Shown here piece after piece: positions 49,310-60,392 of a stretch of 64,000 bases of DNA. Origin of the DNA: Alphaproteobacteria bacterium. Its GTDB lineage: Bacteria > Pseudomonadota > Alphaproteobacteria > JASGCL01. Below the pieces are notes generated by a model that saw only the letters and a list, made by a program, of their open reading frames with translations, ran no database searches and was not told the DNA's origin. The position numbers and the translations under genes are program-made. Positions within the stretch are counted from its first letter, which is position 1. Every line of letters begins with the position of its first letter. The DNA lies in assembly GCA_965262605.1 (NCBI GenBank), contig CBDHFN010000003.1, positions 7,222-71,221 of the forward strand. Direction: 5' to 3'.

Positions 49310-50581
49310 TTAATTTTTATTCTTTATATCATCAAGCCGTTCGCGCAATAATTGCACGGAAATCCCTAACATCGCCGCCGCATGATTATTATCGCCCAAG
49401 CAATAACGAATAGTGTTTAAAATATGCTCATTTTCTACTTCGGCAAGGCTTTTGGGATTTTGTTGCTTGGCACGGTAATTGGCAAAAATAATTTCACCCG
49501 CCGTGATTAATTCGTCATTTGCCAATAAAACGGCGCGGTGAATCGTGTTTTCCAATTCGCGAACATTGCCGGGCCAATTATGCGATTGTAATTTTGCTAT
49601 GGCTTCATGGGTAAATTCTTTGCTGGCTAATTTATTGATTTTAAGATATTTATCCTTAAAATAAATTGCCAAAGCTTCGGTATCGGCGGGTCTTTGGCGC
49701 AAGGGTGGTAAATCAAGATTAATCACATTCAGGCGAAAATATAAATCTTCACGAAATTTATTTTCATGAATAAAATCTTGCATATTGCGGTTGGAAGTCG
49801 CCAAAATCCGCACATTAATTTTGATGGGTTTGCCAGACGCGCCGATGGGGTCAACTTCGCGTTCTTGAATCACCCTTAATAATTTCGCTTGTAAGCGCAA
49901 ATCCATTTCGGAAATTTCGTCCAATAAAATTGTGCCGTTATTGGCTTCTTCAAATTTACCCATGCGTCTGGCAACCGCGCCCGAAAAAGCCCCTTTTTCA
50001 TGCCCGAATAATTCAGATTCCAATAAATTTTCTGGGATAGCCGCGCAATTAATCGCGATAAATGGTCCCTTGGCGCGTGAAGAATTATCATGAATATAGC
50101 GCGAAATTACTTCTTTACCCGTGCCAGATTCACCAGTAATTAAAATGGACGCTTCGGAATTGGCGACTTTTGCCGCCATATTTAGAATTTCTTGCATTTT
50201 TGCATCTTTGGTGATGAAATTTTGCATGGGGGTTGCCATGGCTTCAAGCATCAAGCCAATCACCCTTGGGTCGGGGGGCAAAGATAAAAAATCCAGCGCG
50301 CCCGCATCAATGGCTTTTTCAGCAATGCGCCCCGATGTGCCGCTTATACCGCAAGCAACCACGGGTAATTTAATTCGTTCAGATTCTAATTGCGAAATAA
50401 AGCTTTCCATTTCAAGACGCACATCAACTAAGGCTAAATCAGCACCGCGCCCGGAACGCAAATTTATCATTGCTCTATCAATCGTATCAACAACTTCAAC
50501 TAACGCGCCTTTTTCAATGGCGTATTTCGCAGCTTCGTTGCTTTTACCATCAAGCTTGCCAACAATTAAAACCCTAACCAT
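49310..50581 (-). CDS. flbD: sigma-54-dependent flagellar transcriptional regulator FlbD
   Basis: N-terminus is nearly collinear with Caulobacter FlbD (M.RVLIVGKL.G; GADLALVDV; PVVACG). AAA+ sigma-54 interaction domain (GESGTGKE, GAFSGA) and C-terminal HTH. Confidence 0.8.
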   Translation of the reverse strand: MVRVLIVGKLDGKSNEAAKYAIEKGALVEVVDTIDRAMINLRSGRGADLALVDVRLEMESFISQLESERIKLPVVACGISGTSGRIAEKAIDAGALDFLSLPPDPRVIGLMLEAMATPMQNFITKDAKMQEILNMAAKVANSEASILITGESGTGKEVISRYIHDNSSRAKGPFIAINCAAIPENLLESELFGHEKGAFSGAVARRMGKFEEANNGTILLDEISEMDLRLQAKLLRVIQEREVDPIGASGKPIKINVRILATSNRNMQDFIHENKFREDLYFRLNVINLDLPPLRQRPADTEALAIYFKDKYLKINKLASKEFTHEAIAKLQSHNWPGNVRELENTIHRAVLLANDELITAGEIIFANYRAKQQNPKSLAEVENEHILNTIRYCLGDNNHAAAMLGISVQLLRERLDDIKNKN

Positions 50582-50589
50582 TTGCCCCC

Positions 50590-50937
50590 CTATTCATTAT
50601 TATCAACTTTAACAATTTCCGTCATTGTCACGCCTAAATTGCCATTAATAAGCACAACTTCGCCCCGTGCGATAAGCCGATTATTAACAAAAATTTCAAT
50701 GGCTTCACCGACACGGCGATTTAATTCAATTAAATCACCATTTTTTAATTTTAATAATTGATTAACTGGTAATGATGCCTGACCCAAAACCGCCATAACC
50801 ACGACTGGCACTTCAAAAACGGCTTCTAAGTCGGACGAACCAGTCGGATTATCTAAACCCGCTTGTCCTTCAAAAAATTCGCGTCCATTTTCTTGATCTA
50901 ACTGATTAAGATTCATACCTGAACTTGATTTTGTCAT
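50590..50937 (-). CDS. fliN: flagellar motor switch protein FliN
   Basis: 115 aa with a SpoA-like C-terminal domain (LKNGDLIELNRRVGEAIEIFVNNRLIARGEVV). Confidence 0.8.
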   Translation of the reverse strand: MTKSSSGMNLNQLDQENGREFFEGQAGLDNPTGSSDLEAVFEVPVVVMAVLGQASLPVNQLLKLKNGDLIELNRRVGEAIEIFVNNRLIARGEVVLINGNLGVTMTEIVKVDNNE

Positions 50938-52124
50938 ACATTCTCTCCTTCTTCTTCGTCATCATAAAACGAAGCTTTTGCTTGATTTATTGATGCGCTG
51001 GAATTATCTGATTCACCATGCACCGATTCACCATGCACCGATTCGTTAGGCATTTCATTATAATTCGCATCATTGTCACGAATTAAATTTGCGGGCAAGT
51101 CATCGGGTAATTGTTCTTGATTAATATGGGGTATATCAGGGTTGGGCGCGTGATATTCGGCGTGAATTTGTGATATATTTTCTTGGTCACTGGCAAGATT
51201 TTTATCAAATTCATCATCATTGGCTTGATTCGGCGATTCTTCGGGGCGATTTTGCGCATCGCTGGGTATTAATTCTTCTAAAGGTGCGCTAAAAATACTC
51301 TGGATTGAATCATCGTCCGCATGGGTGTGTTGTTGCGTATATTCGTGCATATTTTGCATAAATTGCCGAATTTTTGCAAATGTCGCTTGATATTTATCTA
51401 ACCGCAACGAAATACCGCCTTCAAGATGTTCAATTTCAATTTGCTTATGGGCGCAATCTTTATCATCAACTAATTCATATTTATCGCTGGCAATGGCGAT
51501 TTTATTCAATAAATTTTGGCATTCTTGGCGATATTGCGGGTTAATATGAATAATTAGCCGTTGTTCGTTGCGCGCAAAGCGAAAATGTGATTTAATTTCA
51601 TTGGCAATCAAATTTTCCGATTTTTGATTGACGAATTCGTCCAAAAATATTTGGCAAATTTGATATATATTCCATTGCGTAATTTTTAATAATTCGGCTT
51701 CTTGGGCGGCAATAATTTGGCTATATTCATGAAATTTTGCTAATAAATTGCTAAAATTTTGAATATTTTCTTGATATAATTGCTGTTCTTGGAGATTAAT
51801 ATTTTGCAAGGCGGTTTCATACCCTTTATCAAAGCCAATTTTTTCGCCCTCTGCCATGGATATTTTTTGCTGTTGTTCCATTTTTAATTGATGTTCAAAT
51901 AATGAAATTGTCGCAACCGATGGTATTATATCGCTTGGCATGGCGGGGGAATTTTCTTGGGTTTGCGATGGCGTTTGGGGCGCTTGCATTCTGCGCCCTT
52001 GCCCTTCTATGACGGCACCTTTACGAATCATATTTTTCTCATCAATGATAAAATTGCGATTCGCCAGCAAGCTGGTTATGCCCACTGATTTTTCTAAATT
52101 ACTGCCTAAATTATCATTTGTCAT
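50934..52124 (-). CDS. putative flagellar assembly protein (FliH/FlbE position), low-complexity Q/E/N-rich
   Basis: 396 aa between fliG and fliN, with overlapping start and stop codons. No strong motif; the call rests on position. Contains a local ESVHGESVHGES duplication. Confidence 0.4.
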   Translation of the reverse strand: MTNDNLGSNLEKSVGITSLLANRNFIIDEKNMIRKGAVIEGQGRRMQAPQTPSQTQENSPAMPSDIIPSVATISLFEHQLKMEQQQKISMAEGEKIGFDKGYETALQNINLQEQQLYQENIQNFSNLLAKFHEYSQIIAAQEAELLKITQWNIYQICQIFLDEFVNQKSENLIANEIKSHFRFARNEQRLIIHINPQYRQECQNLLNKIAIASDKYELVDDKDCAHKQIEIEHLEGGISLRLDKYQATFAKIRQFMQNMHEYTQQHTHADDDSIQSIFSAPLEELIPSDAQNRPEESPNQANDDEFDKNLASDQENISQIHAEYHAPNPDIPHINQEQLPDDLPANLIRDNDANYNEMPNESVHGESVHGESDNSSASINQAKASFYDDEEEGENV

Positions 52125-52132
52125 TTTTACCC

Positions 52133-53149
52133 TTAATATACTAACGAATCGCTCTCGCCTTTTTGTGCGATATAAATATCACCCGAAGCGGCTAGATTTT
52201 TGGCAGTGGTTACAATGGCTTGTTGCGATTCATCAACCGCTTTCATGCGCACGGGACCCATGGAATTAATATCATCGCCAAGAATTTTCGCTGCCCTTGA
52301 CGACATATTTTGAAAAAATAATTGCCGCATTTCTTCGTTAGAGCCTTTAAGTGCGATAGCCATCGTGGTGGCATCGGTTTCACGAATTAATAATTGAATA
52401 CCCGTGGCGTCCAAAGTTGCTAAATCTTCAAAGGTGAACATTAACGAGCGCACCTTAACCGCGGATTCAGGGTCGCGTTCATCTAAGATATTTAAGAATC
52501 GGTTTTCATTGGTTCGGTCTAAATTATTCAACATTTCCGCGATAATTTCAAAACCATCGCGTTTTGTGCCACGGGCAATATTACTGACGAATTCGTTGCG
52601 TAAAGTTTTTTCCACATCTTCAATAATTTCGCGTTGCACGGCTTCCATATTTAGAATTCTAAGCATCACATCAGAGGCAAAATCATCGGGCAAGGCAACC
52701 AAGACACGGCATGAATGTTCAGGTTTAATTTTTGATAATACCACCGCCACGGTTTGCGGATATTCGTTGCGCAAATAATTTGCCAAGACGACTTCATTAA
52801 CATTGGATAATTTATCCCACATAGTGCGCCCCGCTGGACCACGAATATCTTCGAGCATTTGCGATACTTTTTCTTGCCCCAAGACTTTGGACAACAACCG
52901 CTCGGTGCTCTCATAGGAGCCGACTAAATTCCCCGTAGAAGACAGGCTTTCCACAAATTCAACAAATATTCGGTCAACAATTTCGGCGTTAATCTGCCCT
53001 AAATTAGTCATGGCTTGCGATACTTCGCGGATTTCTTCTTCTTCAAGATATTGAAATAATTTTTGGGCATAATCTTCACCGACAGAAAGAATAAAAATTG
53101 CCGCTTTTTCAGTGCCGGTTAATGAACGATAATCAACTGCTTTTGCCAT
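52133..53149 (-). CDS. fliG: flagellar motor switch protein FliG
   Basis: 338 aa. FliG N-terminal, middle and C-terminal domains (KAAIFILSVGEDYAQKLF...). Confidence 0.9.
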   Translation of the reverse strand: MAKAVDYRSLTGTEKAAIFILSVGEDYAQKLFQYLEEEEIREVSQAMTNLGQINAEIVDRIFVEFVESLSSTGNLVGSYESTERLLSKVLGQEKVSQMLEDIRGPAGRTMWDKLSNVNEVVLANYLRNEYPQTVAVVLSKIKPEHSCRVLVALPDDFASDVMLRILNMEAVQREIIEDVEKTLRNEFVSNIARGTKRDGFEIIAEMLNNLDRTNENRFLNILDERDPESAVKVRSLMFTFEDLATLDATGIQLLIRETDATTMAIALKGSNEEMRQLFFQNMSSRAAKILGDDINSMGPVRMKAVDESQQAIVTTAKNLAASGDIYIAQKGESDSLVY

Positions 53150-53161
53150 TTATTCTCTCCC

Positions 53162-54853
53162 TTAATATGAATCTTGATAAAGCCAAGAACGAATAACGCC
53201 CACAGCTTCTTCGGGATTTTTATCAATAATTTCGCCTATTTTCTTAATGGCTGATGCTTTAACGCGACCCTCTACCTCATCAATATTAAGAATATCTTCA
53301 AGTTCTTTTTTATCTTCGCCGGCAAAGCCTTCACCCGGTGCTAATTGCCGCGTAACGGGCACGGGCACTTCTTGCTGTTCGCCTGATTCTGGATCAATAT
53401 ATACCATGCGTCCGTCTGGCAAGCGAATCATGCCTTTGCCCATTTGCGCCGAAATACTAGCGGCGGGCGATTCAAATATCCGCATCACCAAGGGACGCAC
53501 CACCAAAAACACCACTAATAAACCCACGGTGGCTAAAATCATTAATTCCATGAATCTTTTTAAATCCGCGCTGGTAAAAAATCCTAAATATTTAATTTCT
53601 GGGGCTTCAATTGATCCGGGCAAGACAGCAAAAGGTAATTCGGTAATAGTCACTAAATCATTGCGCGATTCACTAAATCCAATCGCGCTGCTAACCAATT
53701 CTCTAATCTTTGCCAATTCTTCGGGATTGCGCGGTTGGCTTATATCCTTACCATCGGCATCCTTAGTCGTCACTTGGTCAATTAATACGGCGACTGAAAT
53801 TCGTTCAATTTTACCCGGTTGAATCACCGTATTTGTCACGGTGCGCGAAATTTCAAAATTATTGCGCTCTTCGGTTTTATTGGTATTTTCGGAATTACCA
53901 CTATTGGCTTGGTTGCCTTGGTCAGAATTGGGCACATTATTACCCACGGTGACGGTGGTATCCGCGCCATTTTTAAGGGCGGTTACTTCTTCAATATTTT
54001 CTTTTGACCTTAAAGCCGATTTTTCTGGATCGTAAGTTTCTTGATTAATTTCGGATTTTTGCAACGACATTTCAACTTGCACTTCCACGCGGGCTTTACC
54101 AAATCCCAAAACTCTGGTAAGCATGGTTTCCAAATGACTTCTTAACCTATCGGCTTCTTTGATGCGCAATTCATCAATATTGCTGCTGGTTGAATTTTCA
54201 TCTTGCTTGCCACCCCTTGCCAATAATGCCCCTTGGTCGTCAAGCACGCTAATATCGGATACTTTTAATTTCGGAATTGCCGATGATAATAAATGCTGAA
54301 TCGCCAAAACTTGCGCCGATTCCAGTCGTTGCACCGAACCCATTTTTAACACCACCGAAGCCGATGGATTTTGTTCGGTTTTGGAAAATAAATCGCGTTG
54401 CGGCAAAACAATATGCACTCTTGCGCCCGCCACGCCCTTAATGGTTGAAATCGTGCGGGCAAGCTCGCCTTCCATGGCGCGCAATTTATTAATATTTTGT
54501 TGAAAAGACGAAGTGCCCAGCGTGCCGTCTTTGTCAAAAATTTCCCAACCCACTATCGCGCCCGATAAACCAATTTCGGCTAAGGATACGCGCAATTGCC
54601 CAACATGTTCGCGACTAACATAAATTTCTGCGCCGTTATTACGGGCATCAAAAGTTTCTTCGCGTTTGGATAATTCAATTTGAATGCGTTGCGAAGAAGA
54701 AGAATCTAAATTGCCAAACAGCAACACCATTTCTGGACCCGTATAGCGAATGCCAACAAACATCACAAATATCAAAGTGACAAGCAATACCGCCAACGCC
54801 GCCCAAGTGCGGCTGACACCGATATTACGCATCATACCAATAAATTGTTCCAT
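53162..54853 (-). CDS. fliF: flagellar M-ring protein FliF
   Basis: 563 aa. N-terminal TM helix, conserved RFNG-type periplasmic domains, second TM, C-terminal FliG-binding region. Confidence 0.9.
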   Translation of the reverse strand: MEQFIGMMRNIGVSRTWAALAVLLVTLIFVMFVGIRYTGPEMVLLFGNLDSSSSQRIQIELSKREETFDARNNGAEIYVSREHVGQLRVSLAEIGLSGAIVGWEIFDKDGTLGTSSFQQNINKLRAMEGELARTISTIKGVAGARVHIVLPQRDLFSKTEQNPSASVVLKMGSVQRLESAQVLAIQHLLSSAIPKLKVSDISVLDDQGALLARGGKQDENSTSSNIDELRIKEADRLRSHLETMLTRVLGFGKARVEVQVEMSLQKSEINQETYDPEKSALRSKENIEEVTALKNGADTTVTVGNNVPNSDQGNQANSGNSENTNKTEERNNFEISRTVTNTVIQPGKIERISVAVLIDQVTTKDADGKDISQPRNPEELAKIRELVSSAIGFSESRNDLVTITELPFAVLPGSIEAPEIKYLGFFTSADLKRFMELMILATVGLLVVFLVVRPLVMRIFESPAASISAQMGKGMIRLPDGRMVYIDPESGEQQEVPVPVTRQLAPGEGFAGEDKKELEDILNIDEVEGRVKASAIKKIGEIIDKNPEEAVGVIRSWLYQDSY

Positions 54854-55065
54854 TTTAACCTTCGTTATGGCAATTTAAGAATCATTTTTATTAAAAAAAT
54901 GCTATTTATCAATGAGTTTTGTAAATTCACTGATAAAACTGGCATATTTCTTGAATAATGAACAGATTCCCCATTTTATTTTTCAATAGCTAAATGGATA
55001 AATTGATTCGCGAATCATGTAAATAATAAAGGGTAATTATTTTATATTTTCTTGTGGATAAGTAT

Positions 55066-55791
55066 TTATTTTTTCAAGCCTTGTAATTGCGAGCGCAAAG
55101 CATCGCCTTGGGGATTTTCGGGAATCAGCGGTTGAATTTCATCAATAATTTGATTGGTAATATTTTTCGGCGCACCAATTTGCAAGGAGATTTTTAAACG
55201 AAATAATTGAAAATCTAAATTTGCCTGCACCTCATGCGATGCGTTATTAAAAATTTCTTGCACTTTCGCGGTATCTTGCATTTTAATCGCATTTTCTATT
55301 AATAAAATAGTATATTCAAGGTTATCGCCGACTAAATCATGGTATTTTTCCAAAAAATCCAACGATTGTTGATATTGCCCAAAGCGCAAATTGGCAATTG
55401 CCTCTTCAAAATAATAATCCGAAAATTCACTTTTTGTCATGGGGGATAATAAAGGCGAACCAATTGATATATAGGCAACTCCGCCAATTATTGGCATCAA
55501 AATAATTAATAAAATCATCAGAAATTTTTGTTTTTTGGGGCTAAATTGTGTAAAATTCACGGGAGTTGCTTGATATTCAAGAATTTGTCTTGCTAAATCT
55601 TGTTCAAGTTTTTTCGCATCTTGGTCATGCCAGATTTTTGCTTGAATTTCGCGTAATAATTGCGCGTAAGAATTTTTCAAATATTGCAAATCATTTTGAT
55701 TATGGGTATTGGGCGTAAAATCGCGCCGCAAATTCCAACAAAATACCAAGCTAAGGCTAAGAAATATCGCCAATGCGGTTAAAATAATCAT
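55066..55791 (-). CDS. ccmI: cytochrome c-type biogenesis protein CcmI/CycH-like (short form)
   Basis: Two TM helices separated by a cytoplasmic loop, then a helical TPR-like periplasmic region. Directly downstream of ccmH. Confidence 0.45.
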   Translation of the reverse strand: MIILTALAIFLSLSLVFCWNLRRDFTPNTHNQNDLQYLKNSYAQLLREIQAKIWHDQDAKKLEQDLARQILEYQATPVNFTQFSPKKQKFLMILLIILMPIIGGVAYISIGSPLLSPMTKSEFSDYYFEEAIANLRFGQYQQSLDFLEKYHDLVGDNLEYTILLIENAIKMQDTAKVQEIFNNASHEVQANLDFQLFRLKISLQIGAPKNITNQIIDEIQPLIPENPQGDALRSQLQGLKK

Positions 55792-56243
55792 GAAGATTGC
55801 CTTTCATTATGCAAGGATTGTTGAATTTTTTCTAAATCAGTTTGGCTTATTTCGGGGGATTCGCTGACGGGTGCGCGATAAAAACGGCGAATTAATAAAA
55901 ATCCCAAAATTAAAATAATTAATGGCGAAAACCATAAAAAATAAGTCGCAAGATAAAAAGGCGGCTTCATTAAGACAAAATTGCCGTATTTACTGACGAT
56001 ATAGTCGGTTATGGCTTGATTTGATTCGCCCAATAGCAATCTTTCGCGCACGATGATTCGTAAAGTTTTGGCAATTTGTGCCCCAGAATCGTCAATCGTT
56101 TGGTTTTGGCATACTAAGCATCGCAGATTTGCGCTAATTTCGCGGGCACGCGCCTCTAAATTCGGGTCTTGTAATTGTTCGCTTGGGGCGATTGCCGATA
56201 ATTTCAGCGGAATAATTAGCAATAAAATCAATAAAAACTGCAT
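55788..56243 (-). CDS. ccmH: cytochrome c-type biogenesis protein CcmH/CycL
   Basis: Signal peptide plus the LRCLVCQNQ thiol motif, then a C-terminal TM helix. Confidence 0.8.
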   Translation of the reverse strand: MQFLLILLLIIPLKLSAIAPSEQLQDPNLEARAREISANLRCLVCQNQTIDDSGAQIAKTLRIIVRERLLLGESNQAITDYIVSKYGNFVLMKPPFYLATYFLWFSPLIILILGFLLIRRFYRAPVSESPEISQTDLEKIQQSLHNERQSS

Positions 56244-56244
56244 A

Positions 56245-57495
56245 TTAACGCCATAATTTTGGAATTTGTGATGGCGGGCATTGGCGCACCATTAAAAACC
56301 CCCAATAAAACCAAAAAATCCGTTGAAAAAACATATCATGGGGCATGGAAAATAAGGCAATCGCCAATAATAACGCCATGGCTAAAAAATCATGCGAAAA
56401 TCTGCGCCATTTTTTTTGCGTGAAAAAACTCATCACCACTTGCCAAGCGGGGCTTAAAAATACCAAACCGCCAATGATTCCTAATTCCGCGCCCAACCAA
56501 ATAAAGCCGTTATGAATCGTATGATATTCGCCATATTGCTGATATTCTCGGGCTATAAACGCGCCCAAACCAGCCCCAAAATAGGGGTATTCTTGCCATA
56601 AATCCAAACCATTCCAAAATAAACTTGCCCGTTCTTCGTTAACTTCGGTAAAGCCATGCTGCATTTCTGTGCCCAGCATAATGATAATTTCTTGCCAATC
56701 GGTAAAATAATTAATGATTAATTCCAACCCATAAATTGCGCCAAATAATAATATTGTGCCGATAAAGCTTGCCAACATAAAGCGCGGGCGGATAAAAATT
56801 AAGCCTATACTAAGCAAGGCAAGAACCACCCAACCTGTTGCCGAAGTGGTGATAATCATGCCAAGCCCAAGCCAACTGCCACAAAAAACGGCGAGTAAGT
56901 TGATTTTTTTATGCAAATATGCCAAAACAACGCCATTAATTAAAATAAAAAAACTATACGCATTGGGGTTTAATAATAAACCATAAAATCGGAAGCTATC
57001 CGCGGGATATTGAAACCAAGATTGATGAGTTTTTTTCAAAATAAATTCAAAAATTATCGCGAAAATTATCGCAAAACATGTAGTATAAACCATTTTTCTT
57101 AAGCCTTTATAGCCAAAAATCTGCCGCACCATGATGCCGCTTAGAAAAAAACCAAAACACACTAATAAACCCAAGAAACGCGCGAAAAATGCCCATTTAA
57201 CGAAACCATATTGCGAATAACCATGCCAAAAAGCCAAAGCCAAACATATGCCCATCATCACCAAACCAAAACGCATGGCAGGCACACGCCAAATATTTGC
57301 CCGCAAAATTAACAATCGCCAAGAAATTAAGGCACTAAGCCCCAAGATTGCCATGGGAATATCGGCACCATTGCCGTTAAACTCAAAATACCCCAAAAAA
57401 ATACGCACATTCATCACCATGCCAATCGCGATGGCGAAGCATAACAGCATGAAAAAATTACGATAAATTGGGGAGGATAGCTTGAAATTGGGCAT
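56245..57495 (-). CDS. O-antigen ligase (Wzy_C/RfaL)-family polytopic membrane protein
   Basis: About 10-12 TM helices and a large periplasmic loop with conserved H/R and FGAGLG motifs. The true start is probably the internal Met near 57450, because the track ORF overlaps hdaA by 38 nt. Confidence 0.5.
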   Translation of the reverse strand: MPNFKLSSPIYRNFFMLLCFAIAIGMVMNVRIFLGYFEFNGNGADIPMAILGLSALISWRLLILRANIWRVPAMRFGLVMMGICLALAFWHGYSQYGFVKWAFFARFLGLLVCFGFFLSGIMVRQIFGYKGLRKMVYTTCFAIIFAIIFEFILKKTHQSWFQYPADSFRFYGLLLNPNAYSFFILINGVVLAYLHKKINLLAVFCGSWLGLGMIITTSATGWVVLALLSIGLIFIRPRFMLASFIGTILLFGAIYGLELIINYFTDWQEIIIMLGTEMQHGFTEVNEERASLFWNGLDLWQEYPYFGAGLGAFIAREYQQYGEYHTIHNGFIWLGAELGIIGGLVFLSPAWQVVMSFFTQKKWRRFSHDFLAMALLLAIALFSMPHDMFFQRIFWFYWGFLMVRQCPPSQIPKLWR

Positions 57496-58144
57496 AATTA
57501 TTCAATATTTCCTTGACTAATGGGCGAATTATTTTTCGTGATGCGTTATGCTGGGTGCTTATTTCTTCTATAATAAAATCAATGGCGGGATAATCGCATT
57601 GGATTTTTTCCACTATATACGATATTTCCGCCATTGTCATGAAAATTTGCCGTTCGCATAAAATATTATGAATAATTTGCCGCGCAATACGAAATGTCGG
57701 TTTGCCAAAGGAAATTTCATAAAAATAATTTAAGCGCGATTGCACATCGCGAATCGGCATTTTAGCCTGAAAATCGCCAAGGCTTGTGCGATTAGTTAGC
57801 AATAAAAACCGATTTTGGGCGTGAATTTCATTAATTAAATGAAATAACGCCATGGGATTATTGCCAAAAAATCTGTCCGCATCATCAACGATTATTAAAT
57901 CGGCGATTAATAACGCATCTTCGTCATAAAATTGGGCGTTTTGATGATTAAAATATTGGGTAATATAATGGGTTTTGCCGCTGTATTTTTCGCCGCTTAA
58001 ATATAAAAAACGCGATGAAAAATGCCGAAAATCGCTTAAAATTTCATGCGCAATATAATTATTGGGCGATAAAATAAATTCCCCAAATAATTTTGGCGTA
58101 TGGGTATTGGCAATGGCTAAATCAAAAAATAATTGCTGATTCAT
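57458..58144 (-). CDS. hdaA: DnaA-related regulatory inactivator HdaA
   Basis: 228 aa. Walker A-like GEKYSGKTHY, Walker B IIVDDADRF, and box VII-like region. Conserved alphaproteobacterial neighbourhood with DUF2066 and purM. Confidence 0.6.
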   Translation of the reverse strand: MNQQLFFDLAIANTHTPKLFGEFILSPNNYIAHEILSDFRHFSSRFLYLSGEKYSGKTHYITQYFNHQNAQFYDEDALLIADLIIVDDADRFFGNNPMALFHLINEIHAQNRFLLLTNRTSLGDFQAKMPIRDVQSRLNYFYEISFGKPTFRIARQIIHNILCERQIFMTMAEISYIVEKIQCDYPAIDFIIEEISTQHNASRKIIRPLVKEILNNYAQFQAILPNLS

Positions 58145-59220
58145 CGTGAAATACCAAATTTATAAAATTTCGTTTTTTGGTAATATCGCCAATATATTTT
58201 CGCAAAATGCACCATGATGCAGGCAATGGGTATGGAAAAAATAATGCCAAAAATGCCAAACCAATTACCCATTAACAAGACGGCTAATATGGCAACGGCG
58301 GGTTTTAAACCCACGCTGCTGCCGACTAATTTAGGGATTAAGATAAGATTTTCCACTAAATGCCCAACACCATATACCACCCATACTAATAATAAAATTT
58401 GGAAACCATCGCGCCAATCGCTTAACGCCGTAATCGTGGCAATAGCAAGCGCGGTAATAAAGCCTAAAAATGGGATAAAGCTTATGACACCCGTAATAAA
58501 ACCAATGACAAGCCCGTTTTTTAAACCAATGATGAATAAAATTGCCGTATAATAAAGCATTAAAATCAACGATACTATCATTTGCCCGCGCAAAAATGTT
58601 GCAAATACTTGGGTGGAATATGAAATATTATTCATCACAATGCGCTGATAGGGGCGCGGTGTGGATCTTGCCATAAATTTACCAATTTCATGCCAATAAA
58701 TTAACAAATAATACCCAAAAATTGGCGCCAATAAAATATAAAATAAAATTTGAATAATAAAAGTTAAATTGACAATAATTTCTTCGCCATGACTTGAAAT
58801 ATAATTGGTAATTTGCGGTAAGACTTCAATAATTTGCTTGGATTGAATCGTAATATCATATTCGCCCAACCGCCTGACAAACCATCGCACCAAGGAATTA
58901 ATGCTGGGGAAAATATTTTTGACCAACGAAATACCATCAACAATTAAATAAGGAATCGCGCCCACAATCAGTAATTCCAATATGAAACAACCAATCATAA
59001 TAATACCCGCCCATATAGGCGGCGGCAATAAATGCAAGGACGAATGATGAATAATTGGGTGAAAAATCAAGGCAAATAAAAAACCAACAAATAACGGCAA
59101 TAAAATCACCCCAGACGATTGCACCAACCAAAATATCGCCCACAAAGCCAAGATAGTCAATAAAATCGGCAAAACCCGTTTGAAAAAAATATTCATATAA
59201 TTAATGGAATTTTCACTCAT
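58141..59220 (-). CDS. AI-2E family transporter (PerM/UPF0118)
   Basis: 359 aa with 8 TM helices and typical family-length loops. Confidence 0.7.
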   Translation of the reverse strand: MSENSINYMNIFFKRVLPILLTILALWAIFWLVQSSGVILLPLFVGFLFALIFHPIIHHSSLHLLPPPIWAGIIMIGCFILELLIVGAIPYLIVDGISLVKNIFPSINSLVRWFVRRLGEYDITIQSKQIIEVLPQITNYISSHGEEIIVNLTFIIQILFYILLAPIFGYYLLIYWHEIGKFMARSTPRPYQRIVMNNISYSTQVFATFLRGQMIVSLILMLYYTAILFIIGLKNGLVIGFITGVISFIPFLGFITALAIATITALSDWRDGFQILLLVWVVYGVGHLVENLILIPKLVGSSVGLKPAVAILAVLLMGNWFGIFGIIFSIPIACIMVHFAKIYWRYYQKTKFYKFGISR

Positions 59221-60392
59221 TTTTTAATCTTAATACCTAATTTATCATTGGAATCGGTGCTTAACACAAAACCTGCTAATTGTAAATCATTTTTAAGATT
59301 ATTTTTATCGCCAAAATAAATTATTTCCGCATCAACGCGATAAGGTTCAAATTTCATAATTTTGATTGTTGCAAAATTTTTCATGCGCGTCAGCCTGTCT
59401 TGCACGCTAAGCCATTCATTATAATCAGCAAATTGGAATTGCAATAAATATTTATATTTGATGCTATTATTAGCCGAAACCATGGCATATTTTTTCCAAT
59501 CTGATTCTAAATCCGCCAATATTTTTGCGGTTGCGGGGTTTAATAATTCGCTTATATCCTGTCCCACGGCTTTTTGCATACGGAATTCATAGCGTTTCGT
59601 TAGCCAATCTTTACCCAATAATTGCGCTTCAAATTGAAAAAAATCTTGCCCCGCAACGGCGCCACCGACCGCGCCAATGATTAAAATTTGCGGTGTTGCA
59701 TAAAGATTCATGATATTCGCCAAGCCCCTCTCATCAATGCGTTTTACCATGTCGGTGGTTAAAAAATCTTTGCGCCTATCGTCCAGTTCGGGCAAGACAA
59801 AGCGCATTAAACCATCGCGCGGTAATTGCAGGCGAATCGCATCATGCAGTTGATTAACATTATCCCAAACAACAGGCGTGCCATTATCGTAATAAGGCAC
59901 GATTAAAATTGGCGAAGATTCCACCATCGCAAATTGATATTTTTTTTGCACCCAAAGGCTTTGGGTTTTTATGGGGTTGAATTGCACGACAATTTGCGCG
60001 TGGTATCGGTGCTTATAGGCTTGATTATTATCAGTTTTTTGCGCGTCATTTTTCATCAAACTTTGTTCTTGATTAATGGTTAATTTATCAATTATTTCGT
60101 TTAATTCTGTTGGGTTTGGCATATCTTCGGGATTATAATCAAGCACCATACGCGCCAATAATCGCTTATATGCTGATTTTTTCGCCACGCTTAACGCTAA
60201 ATCTTTGGCAACTTGAGCATCATTGGCGCCAATATCCACGAAAATTTGCGTGATGGTAAATGCTTCGCCCAATTTTTTTGGGATAATTTCTTGACTTTTC
60301 GCGCCTTGGCACAGAAAAAAAATCGCAAATAATAAAAAAATCCTTGCGATTATGGGAAAAATCTTTATTGGTAAAGCTATGGAGTAATACAT
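59217..60392 (-). CDS. DUF2066-family secreted protein
   Basis: 391 aa with a signal peptide, divergent from purM as recalled for DUF2066 in alphaproteobacteria. Confidence 0.45.
   Translation of the reverse strand: MYYSIALPIKIFPIIARIFLLFAIFFLCQGAKSQEIIPKKLGEAFTITQIFVDIGANDAQVAKDLALSVAKKSAYKRLLARMVLDYNPEDMPNPTELNEIIDKLTINQEQSLMKNDAQKTDNNQAYKHRYHAQIVVQFNPIKTQSLWVQKKYQFAMVESSPILIVPYYDNGTPVVWDNVNQLHDAIRLQLPRDGLMRFVLPELDDRRKDFLTTDMVKRIDERGLANIMNLYATPQILIIGAVGGAVAGQDFFQFEAQLLGKDWLTKRYEFRMQKAVGQDISELLNPATAKILADLESDWKKYAMVSANNSIKYKYLLQFQFADYNEWLSVQDRLTRMKNFATIKIMKFEPYRVDAEIIYFGDKNNLKNDLQLAGFVLSTDSNDKLGIKIKK

Noticed and set aside
51000-51060. ESVHGESVHGES tandem duplication at the C-terminus of the FliH/FlbE-position protein
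   Set aside because: It is a small 15-nt slippage duplication in a low-complexity region with no evident functional implication.
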